Part shown: one piece after another, positions 44,406 through 45,892 of the stretch
Position numbering within the stretch: position 1 is the first letter of the stretch
Layout: each line of letters starts with the position of its first letter
Assembly (NCBI GenBank): GCA_014382295.1
Contig: JACNJZ010000094.1
Location: forward strand, 1 to 45,892
DNA from: Candidatus Desulfobia pelagia
GTDB taxonomy: Bacteria; Desulfobacterota; Desulfobulbia; Desulfobulbales; SURF-16
Reading direction: 5' to 3'
DNA: 45,892 bases
Translations under genes and position numbers: made by a program
The notes under the pieces: model-generated
What the model saw: only the letters and a program-made list of their open reading frames with translations
The model's database searches: none
Told to the model about the DNA's origin: nothing

Positions 44406-45892
44406 TTAGAAAGCCATACCGATACTGAAATGGATCACATATTCGTCCTCATCAGTTTCTTTATCGGCATTTGGATTAAAAGCCAGATCCAGTCTGGCAG
44501 GCCCTACAGGTAGGAGATACTGCACCCCGGCTCCTATTCCGATCTTCATATCCCTGAAAAAATCCTGCAGGGTTGCGTCAATAAGCTCTTTCTTCGACCC
44601 GGCCATCAAGGACTCCAACTGCTGGCCGCCATTGGGTGCGACATTTCCGGTATCAACAAAAAAAGAAGTAGCAATGGCATCTGAAAATTTATACCGCCAT
44701 TCAAGAGTGAATACATTGTAGGCAGCACCACCGAGAGGCTGGTTGGCAGTATCAAGGGGGCCCAAATCCGATTCCTTAAAGCTGCGCACAGAATTTTCCC
44801 CGCCGTTATAAAACCGCTCTCCCACAGGAATACCTTCCTGATCGCCAACAGGAAGAATAATACCTGCGGCATAACGCATTCCAAGGACCGAGGATTTTCC
44901 TGTGGGCCGAAAAACTCGAGCTCCGGCCTTCAGCCTGTAGAATGAGAGAGTGCTGCCCACCAGCGGACTGGCAATATCCACCGAGGCAAACCCACGATAC
45001 CCTTTGGTGGGGAAAAAATAATCATCCCGTGTATCTCTTACCAACTGCATGGTCATAATGGCTGTTGTATAGCTGTCTTCTGTCCCGCTGGCGCTTTCAG
45101 CCACATCAATATTAGTGGTGTTGCTTATGTCTGTCTTGTAGCCACCGGTGATCTGAATATTTCTTGGAAATTTCTTAGACAAATAAACAGCAAACCCGGT
45201 ATTTTCCGTTGTAAAAGTTGGCTCCTCCCTGTAACGGTAATGGATTGGAAAATCCATCTCGATATCGGTTCCCAGCAGCCTGGGTTCAGTAAAAGCCATT
45301 TCTACGCTTCGTCCTTTCACGGAAACACCGGTCTGCAAACGATAGCGATGGCCATTACCAAAAAGATTCCAGTCTCGATAACCGGCACTCAAGCGCAGCA
45401 ATTCATATGACCCCCATCCCGGCTCCACAAAGAGCTCACGGTTGCGTTTTTCCTTAATATCGACACTCATGCTCCGACTCTGGAGCTGGGGACCTTTTTC
45501 AAGCTCAATGTTTACGGACTGAAACAGGCCTGTTTCGTAAAGTGAAGAAAAACTTTCACGGACTTTCGCCTGGCTGTATGGTTCCCCAGCCTGAAACTTC
45601 AACTTCTTGTACACAAATGTCTCTTGGGTGCGGCTGAGACCAGATACGGTAATGTCATGAATTGCAACCAGAGTACCGCTTATAATATCTGCCTGCAGAT
45701 GAACGGCCCCACTTTCTTTTTCTTTCTCCTCACTGGTCTGTATGGCCACATCAGCATAGCCCCCGTTTTTATACAATTCCTCCAACCTGATACGCAGCAG
45801 CAACCTGTGGCGTTGTTGGAATTTCTGCCCAATCAACTCATTCTTCTGCCCCTCAAGTTCTTCGTTAAACTCAGGCAACACATCGCCAGTGA
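44406..45892 (-). CDS. Omp85 family (BamA/TamA-like) outer-membrane protein; 5' end outside the window
   Basis: POTRA LYETGLFQSV, RDTRDD..PTKG, RFYNGGENSVRSF, PVGPARLD, C-terminal HFSIGMAF. Confidence 0.93.
   Translation of the reverse strand, partial: TGDVLPEFNEELEGQKNELIGQKFQQRHRLLLRIRLEELYKNGGYADVAIQTSEEKEKESGAVHLQADIISGTLVAIHDITVSGLSRTQETFVYKKLKFQAGEPYSQAKVRESFSSLYETGLFQSVNIELEKGPQLQSRSMSVDIKEKRNRELFVEPGWGSYELLRLSAGYRDWNLFGNGHRYRLQTGVSVKGRSVEMAFTEPRLLGTDIEMDFPIHYRYREEPTFTTENTGFAVYLSKKFPRNIQITGGYKTDISNTTNIDVAESASGTEDSYTTAIMTMQLVRDTRDDYFFPTKGYRGFASVDIASPLVGSTLSFYRLKAGARVFRPTGKSSVLGMRYAAGIILPVGDQEGIPVGERFYNGGENSVRSFKESDLGPLDTANQPLGGAAYNVFTLEWRYKFSDAIATSFFVDTGNVAPNGGQQLESLMAGSKKELIDATLQDFFRDMKIGIGAGVQYLLPVGPARLDLAFNPNADKETDEDEYVIHFSIGMAF

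Overview
Gene-dense chromosomal window from an anaerobic Desulfobacterota bacterium, probably Desulfobulbales-like (inferred from gene content only). There are no rRNA/tRNA genes, CRISPR arrays or transposases. It contains an edge-truncated c7-type multiheme cytochrome missed by the ORF track, an XRE/two-CW regulator, a DUF2235-cobB-M23-folA string, hsp20-lon, a tripartite RND pump, several sensor proteins, a three-gene split glutamate synthase, tcdA, pntAA-pntAB-pntB, a transglutaminase/ABC locus and a partial Omp85 gene. Main find: the ORF-track genes 9487..9687 and 7552..9477 (- strand) are in one frame, separated only by TGA-GGC-GGA-AAA, with a bacterial SECIS-like hairpin just downstream of the TGA. 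They most likely encode one 711-aa exported selenoprotein: signal peptide, 11 CxxCH motifs, Sec67 in a Gly-rich G-A-G-U-G-G segment, and two C-terminal rhodanese domains. It lies just downstream of a MauG-like diheme peroxidase and is a candidate periplasmic sulfur/selenium redox enzyme. Secondary finds are a recurrent 4-Cys signalling domain on three different proteins, a MITE-like element family upstream of two operons, and several short-repeat hairpin elements.
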